Of a DNA stretch of 64,000 nucleotides, positions 9,603 through 19,318 are shown piece after piece (the first letter of the stretch is position 1; the number at the start of each line of letters is the position of its first letter). The notes under the pieces were generated by a model. That model was not told the origin of the DNA, searched no databases, and saw only the letters and a program-made list of their open reading frames with translations. The stretch is taken from positions 3,164 to 67,163 of the forward strand of contig DATEKC010000148.1 in NCBI GenBank assembly GCA_035277665.1, written 5' to 3'. This stretch comes from Terriglobia bacterium. GTDB lineage: Bacteria > Acidobacteriota > Terriglobia > UBA7540. The position numbers were made by a program, and so were the translations under genes.

Positions 9603-10904
9603 TTAGATGCTCACAACCGTCTTGACGATGGCGTCGCCGTTCCTGAATAACTCCGGCCTGATTTCGGCGCCGATGCCCGGCGCTTCCGGGGCCCGGACGT
9701 GGCCATCGACGGGCGCCGGCGCGTTGTTCACAAAGTAGGGATACTGGTGCGCCCACTTCCAATAGTTGCTTTCCATAATCAGAAAATTCGGAACGGCGGT
9801 TGAAACGTGCATGGCGCAGATGAAGAGCAGAGGACCGCCGCAGGTGTGGGGCGAAGTGGGAATGGAATAGGCTTCGGCCATGTCGGCGATCTTTTTCGCC
9901 TCCGTGGGGCCGCCGCACCAGCAGAGGTCATACATCGCCACCGAACAGGCCTTGCGCTCAAAGAATTGCCGGTACTCGTAGCGGGTGGCGAGCGTTTCGC
10001 TCATGTTCAGCGGCACGCTGGTCTTGGCGGCCAGCGCGGCGTAGCTGTCGGCGTTGGTGTTCACCATTACATCTTCGAGGTACATGATGTTGTAAGGCTC
10101 GAGCGCCCTGGCGATCCGCTCGGCGCTGGGCAAATCAAAATTCCCCCAGCAGTCCACGCAGATATCCATGCGGTTGCCGACCCCGTCACGGATGTCGCGA
10201 ATCCATTTCAGGCCCTCTTCGAGCGCCTCGTTGGAGAGATATTTTTCCGGGGCGCGGAAGGGGTAGATCTTCATGCCGGTGATTCCGCGGTCCAGAAGAA
10301 AATGGACGATCTTCATGGTGTCCGGGCCCATCTTCATGTTGTTGATGGCCCAGTAGTCGGTGGTGGTGTTGTAGACGCGCACGCGGTCGCGGGTTTTTCC
10401 GCCCAGCACGCGGTAAAGAGGCAGCCCCGCAGCCTGCCCCAGAATATCGAGTTGGGCCATGTTGAGAGCACTCAACAGGCGCATGTCCGCCCCGCCGGCG
10501 TTCCGCATGGCCATCTGAAAATAGAAATCGCGCCAGACGCCCTCGATGTCCCGCGGGTCGCGCCCGATCAGCTCGAGTTCCCTGGAGTAATCCTCGATCA
10601 CGCCAAGCTGGCCGTTGTCCCACGGGTAGGTCTCGCCGGTCCCGATGATTCCCTTGTCCGTGTGCAGCCTCACCCACATGAACTCCGCACCATCATTCTT
10701 GCTGCCGGAACCGCCGCCGATGTGGAGGTCCTTGCGGAAAGTGACGGCCTCAATCCGGGTGATCTTCATCGATTCGGTACGGTCTCGTGCGGCCTTGGCC
10801 GATTGCGGAAGCGCGCTCATTCCCACCGCCGCCAGCGATCCTGCGCCGGCCTGCCCCAGAAATTTCCTTCGCGTCGTGGCATTCTCGCTCATCTTTCTCT
10901 CCAT
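9603..10904 (-). CDS. Enolase-superfamily enzyme (mandelate racemase/muconate lactonizing family) with a Tat signal
   Basis: Twin-arginine leader TTRRKFLGQAGAGSLAAVGMSALPQSAKA. Capping and barrel domains are typical of MR/MLE dehydratases (ITRIEAVTF, DICVDCWGNF, YLEDV). Confidence 0.85.
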   Translation of the reverse strand: MERKMSENATTRRKFLGQAGAGSLAAVGMSALPQSAKAARDRTESMKITRIEAVTFRKDLHIGGGSGSKNDGAEFMWVRLHTDKGIIGTGETYPWDNGQLGVIEDYSRELELIGRDPRDIEGVWRDFYFQMAMRNAGGADMRLLSALNMAQLDILGQAAGLPLYRVLGGKTRDRVRVYNTTTDYWAINNMKMGPDTMKIVHFLLDRGITGMKIYPFRAPEKYLSNEALEEGLKWIRDIRDGVGNRMDICVDCWGNFDLPSAERIARALEPYNIMYLEDVMVNTNADSYAALAAKTSVPLNMSETLATRYEYRQFFERKACSVAMYDLCWCGGPTEAKKIADMAEAYSIPTSPHTCGGPLLFICAMHVSTAVPNFLIMESNYWKWAHQYPYFVNNAPAPVDGHVRAPEAPGIGAEIRPELFRNGDAIVKTVVSI

Positions 10905-10943
10905 GATCCAGGAATCACTTTGAACGGCCGTCGGGCACCCTTC

Positions 10944-12221
10944 CTACCACGCCGTCATAGCGTTGGAGAAGAGCTGGGCCAGGTCGTTGGCCTCGGCGGG
11001 CCGGGGAGAAAGTTTCGTGACGCGGTGCTGGGGCAGCGTACCTTCCACCAGCGCCGGGATGTCGCTGGGTTGATAGCCAAGCTCATGCAGGCCGTTGGGA
11101 ACCTCAAGATCGTGCATAAACTCGACCACGCGGTCGGCAAGAATTTTGCCCGCATCTTCCAGGCGCGCGCCCGCGACCTTGGCCCCAAGAATTTCCGCCG
11201 CCTTCAAATGGCGCTCCGGGCAGGCTTGCGCGGTGAAGCGATAGACGGCTGGGGCGTTCAGGATCACCGAGATTCCGTGCGGCACGAGCGAATGGTCAAC
11301 CGTGTACCCGCGAGGCCGGAAGTCCCGCACCAGGCCCGACACCGGATACGACATGCCGTGCGGCAGGTGCACGCCGGCGTTGCCGAATCCGATGCCGGCG
11401 TAGGAAGACGCCAGCAGCATGGACGCCCGCGCCTCATCATCGGACGGGTCGGCCACGGCGCGCTTCAGATACGCGGCCACAAGTCTCAGAGATTCCAGGC
11501 TCCAGAGGTCGCTGATGGGGTTCGAGCCCTGGTAGGAGGGCCGCATGATGGGCCGCTCCGGCCGCGGGCGCTGGAGAAACGGCAGCGCGGTGTAAGACTC
11601 AATGGCGTGCGACAGCACATCGAGCCCTGAGGAGGCGGCCACCGCCGGGGGCAGCGTGCGGGTATTCTCCGGATCGACGATTCCCAGAGTTGGCTTCAGC
11701 CGGCGATGCGCGATTCCTGTCTTGGCATGGAGCGCGCTGTAGTCAAAGATGGACACGCCCGTGGTTTCGCTGCCCGTGCCCGCCGTGGTGGGAATTGCAA
11801 TCAGGGTCTTCAAAGGGCCGGGGACGGGCTGCCCTTTGCCGACGGGAGGGTTGACGTACTCCAGAAAATCAGCGGGATAGCAGGAGTAAAGGTTGGCGGC
11901 CTTGGCGGTGTCCATGGTGGAACCGCCACCCACGGCGACAAAGGCATCGAAGTCATCAGCCTGCGCCGCGGCAATCGCTTCCTGGAAGGATTCGTCAGTG
12001 GGCTCGGTGCGCACGCGGTCAAACACCGAATGGCGGATCTTGCGAGCGTCGAGCGATTCCAGCACCGTGGTAACCGGCGGCAGGTTGCGCAGGTTTGCGT
12101 CAGTAAATATCAGAGCGTGCCGCTTCCCCAGATCAACCAGTTCTGCGCCAATCTCGCGAGTGGCTCCCGCTCCAAACCGGATGCCGGAAGTCACCATCTC
12201 AAAGGCATATTCGCGTTCCAT
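10944..12221 (-). CDS. Iron-containing alcohol dehydrogenase family (hydroxyacid-oxoacid transhydrogenase-like)
   Basis: Fe-ADH motifs: AVGGGSTMDTAKA, IAIPTTAGTGSE, and His-rich metal-site contexts (SHAIES, LPHGMS, VPHGI). Confidence 0.9.
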   Translation of the reverse strand: MEREYAFEMVTSGIRFGAGATREIGAELVDLGKRHALIFTDANLRNLPPVTTVLESLDARKIRHSVFDRVRTEPTDESFQEAIAAAQADDFDAFVAVGGGSTMDTAKAANLYSCYPADFLEYVNPPVGKGQPVPGPLKTLIAIPTTAGTGSETTGVSIFDYSALHAKTGIAHRRLKPTLGIVDPENTRTLPPAVAASSGLDVLSHAIESYTALPFLQRPRPERPIMRPSYQGSNPISDLWSLESLRLVAAYLKRAVADPSDDEARASMLLASSYAGIGFGNAGVHLPHGMSYPVSGLVRDFRPRGYTVDHSLVPHGISVILNAPAVYRFTAQACPERHLKAAEILGAKVAGARLEDAGKILADRVVEFMHDLEVPNGLHELGYQPSDIPALVEGTLPQHRVTKLSPRPAEANDLAQLFSNAMTAW

Positions 12222-12584
12222 ACCAACCTCCTGCGGCGGCCCCGTCTACACCCTGCCCGCCCGATGCATTTAATTGGAAGAATCGACGCGCCCAGTATAC
12301 TACGCGCATGGGGAAGAAGCTGTGAGATAGATTCCTCCTGGTCCTTACAGCCGCCCCCGCCATTAAATCAATGATTCGGAAGTGGACTTTATGAAACCAG
12401 GACGGCCAGAGGCCCGTCGCCTTAACGGAAATAGAACTAAAGTGGCATTGGCATCCTGCGGCAGAAAGGCTACCATACCGGTGCGATGCAAAAAGTTGCA
12501 CACGCAACTCAGCGCATCACATGATGGTAGTTTTCGAGATCCTGGCACGATGGACCGTCCCGGCCCGTAAGGGAGAGGACAAGC

Positions 12585-13052
12585 GTGAAGTTTATGAAAA
12601 GTTTCAACTTAATGCTGAAATCCCTGACTGAACGTGCTTGCTGCAGAGTTTTTGTGGCGAACAACTCGGCCCACCGGAAAGTACTGATTGTGGCGGATGA
12701 AGCCGCAATCAAGAACCTGCTGTCGCTGGTGAAAAAACTGGACAGCCGGCGGGTGACAACAAATACAGGGCTTTGCCTTTCTACCATTCATCGAAAGTCG
12801 TTTGATACCGCCATTCTTGACATGAGGTGTGCCCAGGGGCGGCCTGCCGGCAGGGGTTACGGCTTCGGCGAAGTCTGGACAAGCATGACAGGGAAAGTAC
12901 TTGTGATCAACGCCGAGGTCAACAATCTGAAAACCCTGGAATTAGCCGAGCGCTATATCTATCATCGCCACACCATCGAGGGCCTTTTGTTCGATCTGGC
13001 AGACCTCGTCAGAACGGTGATTGGGCGTTCGCCCGCGCCACACCGCGTCTGA
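12585..13052 (+). CDS. Hypothetical protein with a degenerate receiver-like fold
   Basis: GTG start preceded by GGGAGAGG. KVLIVADEAA...FDTAILDMR...KVLVINA resembles REC beta1/beta3/beta4, but the acidic pair and the conserved Lys are not evident. Confidence 0.4.
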   Translation: MKFMKSFNLMLKSLTERACCRVFVANNSAHRKVLIVADEAAIKNLLSLVKKLDSRRVTTNTGLCLSTIHRKSFDTAILDMRCAQGRPAGRGYGFGEVWTSMTGKVLVINAEVNNLKTLELAERYIYHRHTIEGLLFDLADLVRTVIGRSPAPHRV

Positions 13053-13283
13053 TTCCACTGGCCGGGTAAACCGGCACAGGTCGAAACAGAAGCGGCCATT
13101 GTGCGGCTTAAGCGCTTTCCAGGCGCTCCCAATCACAAAATTTTAAACAACCCCAGTGTCCCCTCGGGTCATAGATCAAGTCTCTTTCGCCTCGTGCGGC
13201 CGCATGATCGCCGCGCCTATGGGGGAGCTATCAGCCATCCCGCACAAAACTCGGGTATCACCTGCTTTAGTACTAAAGTTGAA

Positions 13284-13312
13284 TTGTCAGGTCTGGAAGT
13301 GCAAGGTACGAT
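13284..13312 (+). promoter_or_regulatory. Candidate sigma-70 promoter (TTGTCA-17 nt-TACGAT)
   Basis: The -35 TTGTCA is at 13284-13289, the spacer is 17 nt, and the -10 TACGAT is at 13307-13312. It lies in an 870-bp non-coding stretch, about 130 nt upstream of the terminator at 13441. Confidence 0.3.
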
Positions 13313-13440
13313 GTAAGCGTCATTTCAGATGATGCGTGCCGGGGAGGGGGGCATCTCGTATGACGCTGTTCCTGGAGTTTCTGGCTGTTTTGAGCATCCT
13401 TTTCCTTTGTTTTTTCCATTTGTTTCACGGGAAGGAAGCA

Positions 13441-13476
13441 GGGCGGAAGAGGCACTTACGCTTTTCCGCCCTTTTT
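13441..13476 (+). terminator. Rho-independent terminator
   Basis: GGGCGGAAGAG / CTTTTCCGCCC stem (11 bp, one G-U), 9-nt loop, followed by TTTTT. The T-run is present only on the + strand. Confidence 0.6.
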
Positions 13477-13920
13477 CGTTCACCTGCGCGCCGGTCCGTT
13501 ACGCGCTCAGAGTGGAAAAAGAAGCAGTATTGAGCCGCGCAGCCGCCGGCTGGTGGTCTACAAAGGATAAGGATTGAATTTCCGCCGCAAAGAGCCTTCT
13601 CACCCTGAAGTCTGAATTTCAATCTCCACCCGCTTTCAACCGGGCTTCGTCCTACCCGCAAATTAAGGATACCCAGCAATATTCCCTGTGCAGATGCGGA
13701 CCGCTGCAGGACCGCTTTCTCTGGGCGCAAGATCACCAGCATGAGGCCCGCTTCAGGGCAAGGTAGATGCGGAACGCGCCTGGTTTTTTGGGACTTGACT
13801 TTATTTACCGTCTGGTTAATAGTTCTCTCAAGTTTATTGTTGTCACAGGTTTTCCTTCATAGAGGTTTGGGGTTAATTCACAGTTGTCTGAAGTTCAACT
13901 CAGCCTGGAGGTGAACCGCG

Positions 13921-15723
13921 ATGTCGAATGGCAATAGCTCCTTCCAAAAGGGAACCTGGAACAGTCTTCCGTCAAATTGCACCCAAAGTTTCACACTGAC
14001 GTATCTCCGCTGTGCCGAATACGGGCTGGTGGCATTAACCGAATGTATATCGTGGGCTGTCACGACAGAGCAGGAATGTGTCCAGTGGGCGTGGCAGACC
14101 GTGAAGAAATGCAGCTGGTGGTCGTGGCTGTTCTGCGTGCTCTTTGCGATCATCACGACGCTTGTGTGCGTTGCTTTTGCGATTGTCACCATCATCGTGT
14201 GCACGGCTGTGGTAATTGTGTGGCAGGTTGTCTGCCTGCTCTGGACCCTCGTCTCGATTATCTTCTGCCTTTCCTATGCGAATGGCGGCACGGCCTTCCT
14301 GCTGACCGACGGGACAGTGATGATGCAGGAATTCAAGTCGTTTTTCGGGGCCACCTGGGCCACTCGAAGATGGTGGAAGCTGACGCCCGACCAGACTGGA
14401 AGTTACTCGGGAGGCAAGTGGAGCCGGCTGGACGATTCCAATCTTGCCAGGACCTATTTTTCTTCCTCGGTGCTGGCCGATGGCAGGATCGTGGTCTGTG
14501 GCGGGGAATATTCTGACGCCTCCGGCACCATCAAGAACGACTGGAACAATTCGTGCGAAATCTATGACCCTGTCGCTAACACCTGGGCTGCTTTCAACAC
14601 TCCTCCCAACCCGGGGGCTGTTGCGTCAATCTGGGACGAAATCGGAGATGCTTCCTGCACCGTCCTGCCTGACGGCACGTTCCTGATGGGTTCCGTTGAC
14701 AGCGCCAACGTGGCGAAACTGGATCCCTCCAGTCTCACCTGGACGGCCATGACTCCCCGGCCGGGGGTCGGCACCAGCGACGAGGATTCGTGGGTGTTGA
14801 TGCCGGACAATACGGTGGTTGCGCCCAGTTGCCAGAACCCTCCCACAACCTGGGTGTATGACATTTCGAGCGACGTGTGGGTCCAAGGAAACTCGCTTTC
14901 CCCCAGCATCGTTGACGTCGTCAATGAAGTTGGTCCTGCCTTGCTTCGATATGACGGTACCGCGTTCTTCCTGGGAAGCAACGAACACACTGCCATATAC
15001 TCACCCACGGCACCGGCAAACCAGCAGTGGACAAACGGCCCTGACCTGCCGAATCAGAACGGCAGCAAAATCGGGATAGTCGATGGCCCGGCGGCATTGA
15101 TGGTGAACGGAAACGTTCTGTTCGGCGCGGGTCCGACGGACGCCTCGGGCGACTGGACCAACCCTTGCTGGTATTTTGAGTTTGACGGGACAACTTTCAA
15201 CCGAACAAATGATCCTCCGAATAACGATTGCCCCACCTACAGCACGCGGCTTCTGCTGCTGCCGAATGGCGAGATTATGTTCTGCAGAGAGGGAGATTCG
15301 TCGTTTTACGCCTACCATTCCGATTCGGCACAGCCGCAGGATAGTTGGCGGCCGGTGATCCAAACCTGCCCGGCGACCATGGCTCCGGGGGACACCATCC
15401 AGGTTTCGGGCCTCCAGTTCAACGGGCTCTCCCAGGCCGTGGCCTATGGCGACGACTCTCAAACCCCGACGAACTACCCGCTGGTGAGGGTTGTCCACAA
15501 GCAAACCGGGCACGTCCGCTACTGCCGCACTTTCAACCACACAACTATGGATAGCAACGGCAACGTGATTCCCTCAATGGGAGTTGCGACTGGCGCGGCC
15601 GTCATCATCACGAATGTCGAGATTCCGGGAGATATCGATCCTGGCGACGCTTCCTTATACGTGGTGGCAAACGGCATCGCTTCGCAACCGTTTGACGTGA
15701 GTATCTGGCCGGTTATTGTCTAA
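13921..15723 (+). CDS. Kelch-type beta-propeller protein (galactose/glyoxal-oxidase-like) with a Cys-rich two-TM N-terminus and a C-terminal Ig-like domain
   Basis: Repeated blade motifs: ADGRIVVCGG, LPDGTFLMGS, MPDNTVVAPS, RYDGTAFFLGS, MVNGNVLFGAG, LPNGEIMFCRE. The C-terminal GDTIQVSGLQFNG...NYPLVRV resembles the E-set domain of galactose oxidases. The N-terminal 120 aa hold 11 Cys and two hydrophobic helices. An AT-rich stretch lies upstream. Confidence 0.75.
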   Translation: MSNGNSSFQKGTWNSLPSNCTQSFTLTYLRCAEYGLVALTECISWAVTTEQECVQWAWQTVKKCSWWSWLFCVLFAIITTLVCVAFAIVTIIVCTAVVIVWQVVCLLWTLVSIIFCLSYANGGTAFLLTDGTVMMQEFKSFFGATWATRRWWKLTPDQTGSYSGGKWSRLDDSNLARTYFSSSVLADGRIVVCGGEYSDASGTIKNDWNNSCEIYDPVANTWAAFNTPPNPGAVASIWDEIGDASCTVLPDGTFLMGSVDSANVAKLDPSSLTWTAMTPRPGVGTSDEDSWVLMPDNTVVAPSCQNPPTTWVYDISSDVWVQGNSLSPSIVDVVNEVGPALLRYDGTAFFLGSNEHTAIYSPTAPANQQWTNGPDLPNQNGSKIGIVDGPAALMVNGNVLFGAGPTDASGDWTNPCWYFEFDGTTFNRTNDPPNNDCPTYSTRLLLLPNGEIMFCREGDSSFYAYHSDSAQPQDSWRPVIQTCPATMAPGDTIQVSGLQFNGLSQAVAYGDDSQTPTNYPLVRVVHKQTGHVRYCRTFNHTTMDSNGNVIPSMGVATGAAVIITNVEIPGDIDPGDASLYVVANGIASQPFDVSIWPVIV

Positions 15724-16310
15724 CCGCCAGGGCCGGCAGGACCCGGCAGAGGCAGGATGGGGATGCGCAGGCTCACAGTTGGTGCGGACTGGCCGTGCGG
15801 AATGAAGATTTCCGGCGGTGAGCCAAATAGGCGATAATGCCGACGGTCTTGCCGGCAAGTGCGGCGAGGAGCAACCAGAGGAAAACGCGGAGCAGGCTGG
15901 CCCACGGTGCATGCAGAAAAGCTGGCCAGTGCCAGGCATACCATACGCTGGCCAGCACCATGGCCGCCGCCAGGAAGCGCGCTCCCATCTCGCAGCCGCA
16001 ACTGTCTCCGGGAGACCAGGCCAGACTCCGAGGAAAGCCTCCCCGCCTTGCGCTGTGGCGGCCTCTTCGGGTCCGGCCTTTCAGCGACTGGAGCATAAAG
16101 AGGATTTTTCCCTCCAATTGACTCCGCCGGGCGGCCAAGCCAAATTCGCTCGCACAGGCGCCACGGCACCCCACAGTATAACCGAATACCGGGCAACAGC
16201 CTCCAGAACCTCTCGCGCCACGCGGCGGCAGGGACTACAATAATAAATTTCGATACTGTCGAACATTCATCCATGGGTGAGGCCGTCTCTGCCGACCCGA
16301 TTGCGAGGAT

Positions 16311-17516
16311 ATGATCAAAAAGATGAAAGCACTCTTTCTGGAAAACATTCATGATGCCGCCGCCACTCCGTTCACACGCGACGGTTATGAAGTGAAGACC
16401 CTGCCGGGAAGCCCGGACGAAGCCACGCTGCTGAAGGAAGTCCGGGACGTGGAGGTGCTGGGGATCCGCTCCAAAACAAAAATCACCGCACGCGTGCTGG
16501 ACGCCGCCCCGAAGCTGCTGGTGGTGGGCGCGTTCTGCATTGGTACTGACCAGATTGACCTGCCCGCCTGCTCAGACCGCGGCATCGCCGTCTTCAACGA
16601 TCCCCACAGCAACACGCGCAGTGTGGCGGAGCTGGCCCTGGGCGAAATCATCATGCTGGCCCGCCGCGTCTTCGACAGCAGCGTGGCCCTGCACCAGGGC
16701 TCGTGGCAAAAGAGCGCGGCGGACTGCCACGAAGTGCGCGGCCTGACGGTGGGCATTGTGGGCTATGGCAAAATCGGCTCGCAGCTCTCAGACCTGGCCC
16801 AGGCCATTGGAATGAAGGTGATTTTTTGCGACGTGACGGAGGTTCTGGCGCGTGGCAATGCCATGAAGATCACTTTCGAGGAGTTGCTTGAGAAATCGGA
16901 TTTCGTCACTCTTCATGTTGACGGCCGGCCGCACAACCGCGGCTTCTTTGGCGCAGACGAATTCCGCGCGATGAAGGAAGGATCGTATTTCCTGAACCTG
17001 AGCCGCGGGTTTGTGGTGGATCACGAGGCGCTGGCCGAAAACCTGCGCAGCGGCAAGCTGAAGGGCGCGGCGATTGATGTCTTTCCGAAAGAGCCCAAAA
17101 CCAAGGGCGGCGATTTTTCCGACAAATTGCAGAACCTGCCCAACGCCATCCTCACGCCGCACATTGGCGGCAGCACGGAGGAAGCCCAGCTCCACATCGC
17201 ACACCTGGTTTCAGCGCGGCTGCATCGTTACGTCGAGGCCGGCGACACCATCCTCAGCGTCAACTTTCCCCACTGCCGGCTCGAGCGTACGCCGGACAAC
17301 CATCGCCTGGTTCACATCCACCGGAACCAGCCCGGCATGCTGCTGGCCATCAACAAGGTGATCGGCGAACGGGGAATCAACGTCGAGCGCCAGGTGCTGG
17401 ACACCAAGGGCGAAGTGGGTTACGCCATTCTCGATATTAATCAGAAATTGGACACGGGCCTGATCAATGCGCTGGAAAGCATTCCCCACACTGTCCGGTC
17501 CAGGGCGCTTTACTAG
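16311..17516 (+). CDS. serA: D-3-phosphoglycerate dehydrogenase with a C-terminal ACT domain
   Basis: 2-hydroxyacid dehydrogenase NAD motif GIVGYGKIGSQL and catalytic context LTPHIGGST. The ACT-like tail (HRLVHIHRNQPGML) and ~400-aa length match E. coli-type SerA. Confidence 0.9.
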   Translation: MIKKMKALFLENIHDAAATPFTRDGYEVKTLPGSPDEATLLKEVRDVEVLGIRSKTKITARVLDAAPKLLVVGAFCIGTDQIDLPACSDRGIAVFNDPHSNTRSVAELALGEIIMLARRVFDSSVALHQGSWQKSAADCHEVRGLTVGIVGYGKIGSQLSDLAQAIGMKVIFCDVTEVLARGNAMKITFEELLEKSDFVTLHVDGRPHNRGFFGADEFRAMKEGSYFLNLSRGFVVDHEALAENLRSGKLKGAAIDVFPKEPKTKGGDFSDKLQNLPNAILTPHIGGSTEEAQLHIAHLVSARLHRYVEAGDTILSVNFPHCRLERTPDNHRLVHIHRNQPGMLLAINKVIGERGINVERQVLDTKGEVGYAILDINQKLDTGLINALESIPHTVRSRALY

Positions 17517-17519
17517 GTC

Positions 17520-18827
17520 CTAGAGCTCGAAATTGCGGGAGTCGGCAGGTTCCTCGACGGGCTTAGTGCCCGCTGCAGGCAATCGCGAATACGCCCTTTT
17601 CAGCAGGAACGGTGTCGCGAAGGTCGTCACCACCGCCATCAGGACGAGCATGGTGAACAGCCGCTCATCGATAAAGTGGTTGGCCAGGGCGATGTTGGCG
17701 ATCACCAGTTCCATGATTCCCCTGCCGTTCAGGCCGATCCCGATGGCCCAGCTTTCCTGCCGGGTCAAACGTGCGAGCCGGCCGCCCAGATATCCGCCGA
17801 AGATCTTCCCGACCACCGCGGCTGCCAGGATCGCCGCGACCAGCCCCCAATCTCTCAGGGCGGCGGCATCGAATTCAAGTCCGATCGCCGCGAAGAAGAT
17901 GGGGCCCAGAAAACCCATGGTGATGTCGGAAGCCGTTTTCTGGACCTCCATGAACTTGTCTTTACCCAGGATCTCGTGACTGAGCAGCATGGATCCAAAG
18001 AACGCTCCCACCACAAACTGCAGGCCCAACACTTCAGAGAAACTCGCAAAGGCAATAACAAAAAGCATAACGACGGCAAAGACAGACTCTTTCCCCTTCA
18101 GCCGGACCAGAAAGCGGTCTAAGCGGTCTTTCGGCCAACGGAAGCGCTGGGGGGAAAAGTGCTTGGCGATCCGCGCAACCAGGATGAACCCGGCCATGAA
18201 GGTGACGGCCTTAACCAGCGCCAGCCCTGTGGAGGAAAGAGCTGTGCCGGTCCCGCCTCCCTTTACTTTCACGTCCAGAATGACGCCCAGAATGAGCAGC
18301 GAGGTCGCATCGTTAAAGACGGCTGCCGAAATGATCCTCTGTCCGATTTCGGTTTGCACCTTGTCCATATCCATCAGGATCCGGACGCTGACCGGGAGAG
18401 CCGTGATGGCGATGCAGAGACCTATAAAGATGGACCTCGTGGGGTCGAGCCGAAACATATAGCCCACCAGGATTCCCAGCAACATGGGAAAGAAAAACCC
18501 GGCGACCCCGACCAAAGCCCCCCGGCCGCGAAAAGAGTTCCAGAGCGTTTTCAGATTCATCTCCATGCCGACCATGAAGACCAGCAGCAGCACGCCCAGG
18601 TCCGCCACCGCCCTGATTTCATCATTAAAGTGGACCACGCCAAGCAGCGAAGGCCCCAGCACCACACCCGCGGCGATCTCCCCAAGCATGGCCGGCTGGC
18701 CAAAATGTTCCGCGATTTCTCCGAAAGTACGGGAGAGAATCAGGAGTAGCAGTAGCGCTTCAATAAGCGGCAAGCAGATTCTCCTCATTGACCAGGAAGG
18801 AACACGACACCCTGGCCAAGCCCCCAT
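17520..18827 (-). CDS. Cation:proton antiporter (CPA2 / Kef-NapA type)
   Basis: It has 12-13 hydrophobic helices and the N-terminal motif GQPAMLGEIAAGVVLGPSLLG typical of Na_H_Exchanger family proteins. The start is uncertain (ATG 18827 or 18788). Confidence 0.85.
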   Translation of the reverse strand: MGAWPGCRVPSWSMRRICLPLIEALLLLLILSRTFGEIAEHFGQPAMLGEIAAGVVLGPSLLGVVHFNDEIRAVADLGVLLLVFMVGMEMNLKTLWNSFRGRGALVGVAGFFFPMLLGILVGYMFRLDPTRSIFIGLCIAITALPVSVRILMDMDKVQTEIGQRIISAAVFNDATSLLILGVILDVKVKGGGTGTALSSTGLALVKAVTFMAGFILVARIAKHFSPQRFRWPKDRLDRFLVRLKGKESVFAVVMLFVIAFASFSEVLGLQFVVGAFFGSMLLSHEILGKDKFMEVQKTASDITMGFLGPIFFAAIGLEFDAAALRDWGLVAAILAAAVVGKIFGGYLGGRLARLTRQESWAIGIGLNGRGIMELVIANIALANHFIDERLFTMLVLMAVVTTFATPFLLKRAYSRLPAAGTKPVEEPADSRNFEL

Positions 18828-18905
18828 TGTAATCTTCCGGCAGCGGAACAGTCGAGTGGAGCAAAGGAGAGAAAACGATGGGCCGGCGGGGGCCCAGGCG
18901 GAGCG

Positions 18906-19316
18906 CTACCGCAGAAAAAGGCTGTAGGTGAGCACGCTAAGCACGACGGCGGTGAAGACGGTGTACTTCCAGTTCTTGAGGACCCCCAGGAAGTAACCCA
19001 CCGACGCCGCCACCCGAATAAAAGGTGTGAGCATCAGGACGGCGATCCCCAGGTTGATGAGCAGGCGCGGCCGGACGCTGCCGTGCAGGGCCAGCCGGAT
19101 TTCATCAACCACGAATTGAAAGAGATTCATGCCCGCGATTTGGTAGTCGAGCGCCAGCCCGCCCGTGCGGACATATCGCCAGCACAGGCCGGCCAGGATG
19201 AGCGCCAGGCTGAGCAGTACGCCATCCTGTAGGATGGTTCCCACCAGGACGTCCATATCAAACTGGCCTGCCCTTCCGGCTGGCTCGGTTTTGGCGGCAG
19301 ATACGGATTGGCTCAT
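18906..19316 (-). CDS. DUF1634-like small membrane protein
   Basis: 136 aa with 3-4 TM helices. It lies 2 nt downstream of a TauE/SafE gene, the usual partner arrangement for DUF1634. Confidence 0.6.
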   Translation of the reverse strand: MSQSVSAAKTEPAGRAGQFDMDVLVGTILQDGVLLSLALILAGLCWRYVRTGGLALDYQIAGMNLFQFVVDEIRLALHGSVRPRLLINLGIAVLMLTPFIRVAASVGYFLGVLKNWKYTVFTAVVLSVLTYSLFLR

Positions 19317-19318
19317 GG

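Noticed and set aside
9807-11630. 607-aa ORF on the + strand
   Set aside because: It lies antisense to two well-supported genes (the enolase-family gene and Fe-ADH). Its Arg/Gly/Ala/His/Val-rich, motif-free translation is typical of shadow frames in GC-rich DNA.
12447-12466. Sigma-54-like element TGGCATCCTGCGGC upstream of the receiver-like ORF
   Set aside because: The GG-N10-GC spacing fits, but the -12 region reads GGC rather than TGC/TTGC and the -24 box is TGGCAT. This is too weak without a matrix score.
15773-15988. 71-aa two-TM ORF (MGARFLAAAMVLASVWY...) on the - strand between the Kelch gene and serA
   Set aside because: It is hydrophobic and plausible, but it has only a distant weak SD and no recognisable family. 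It is nested in longer spurious ORFs, so the evidence is insufficient to call it.
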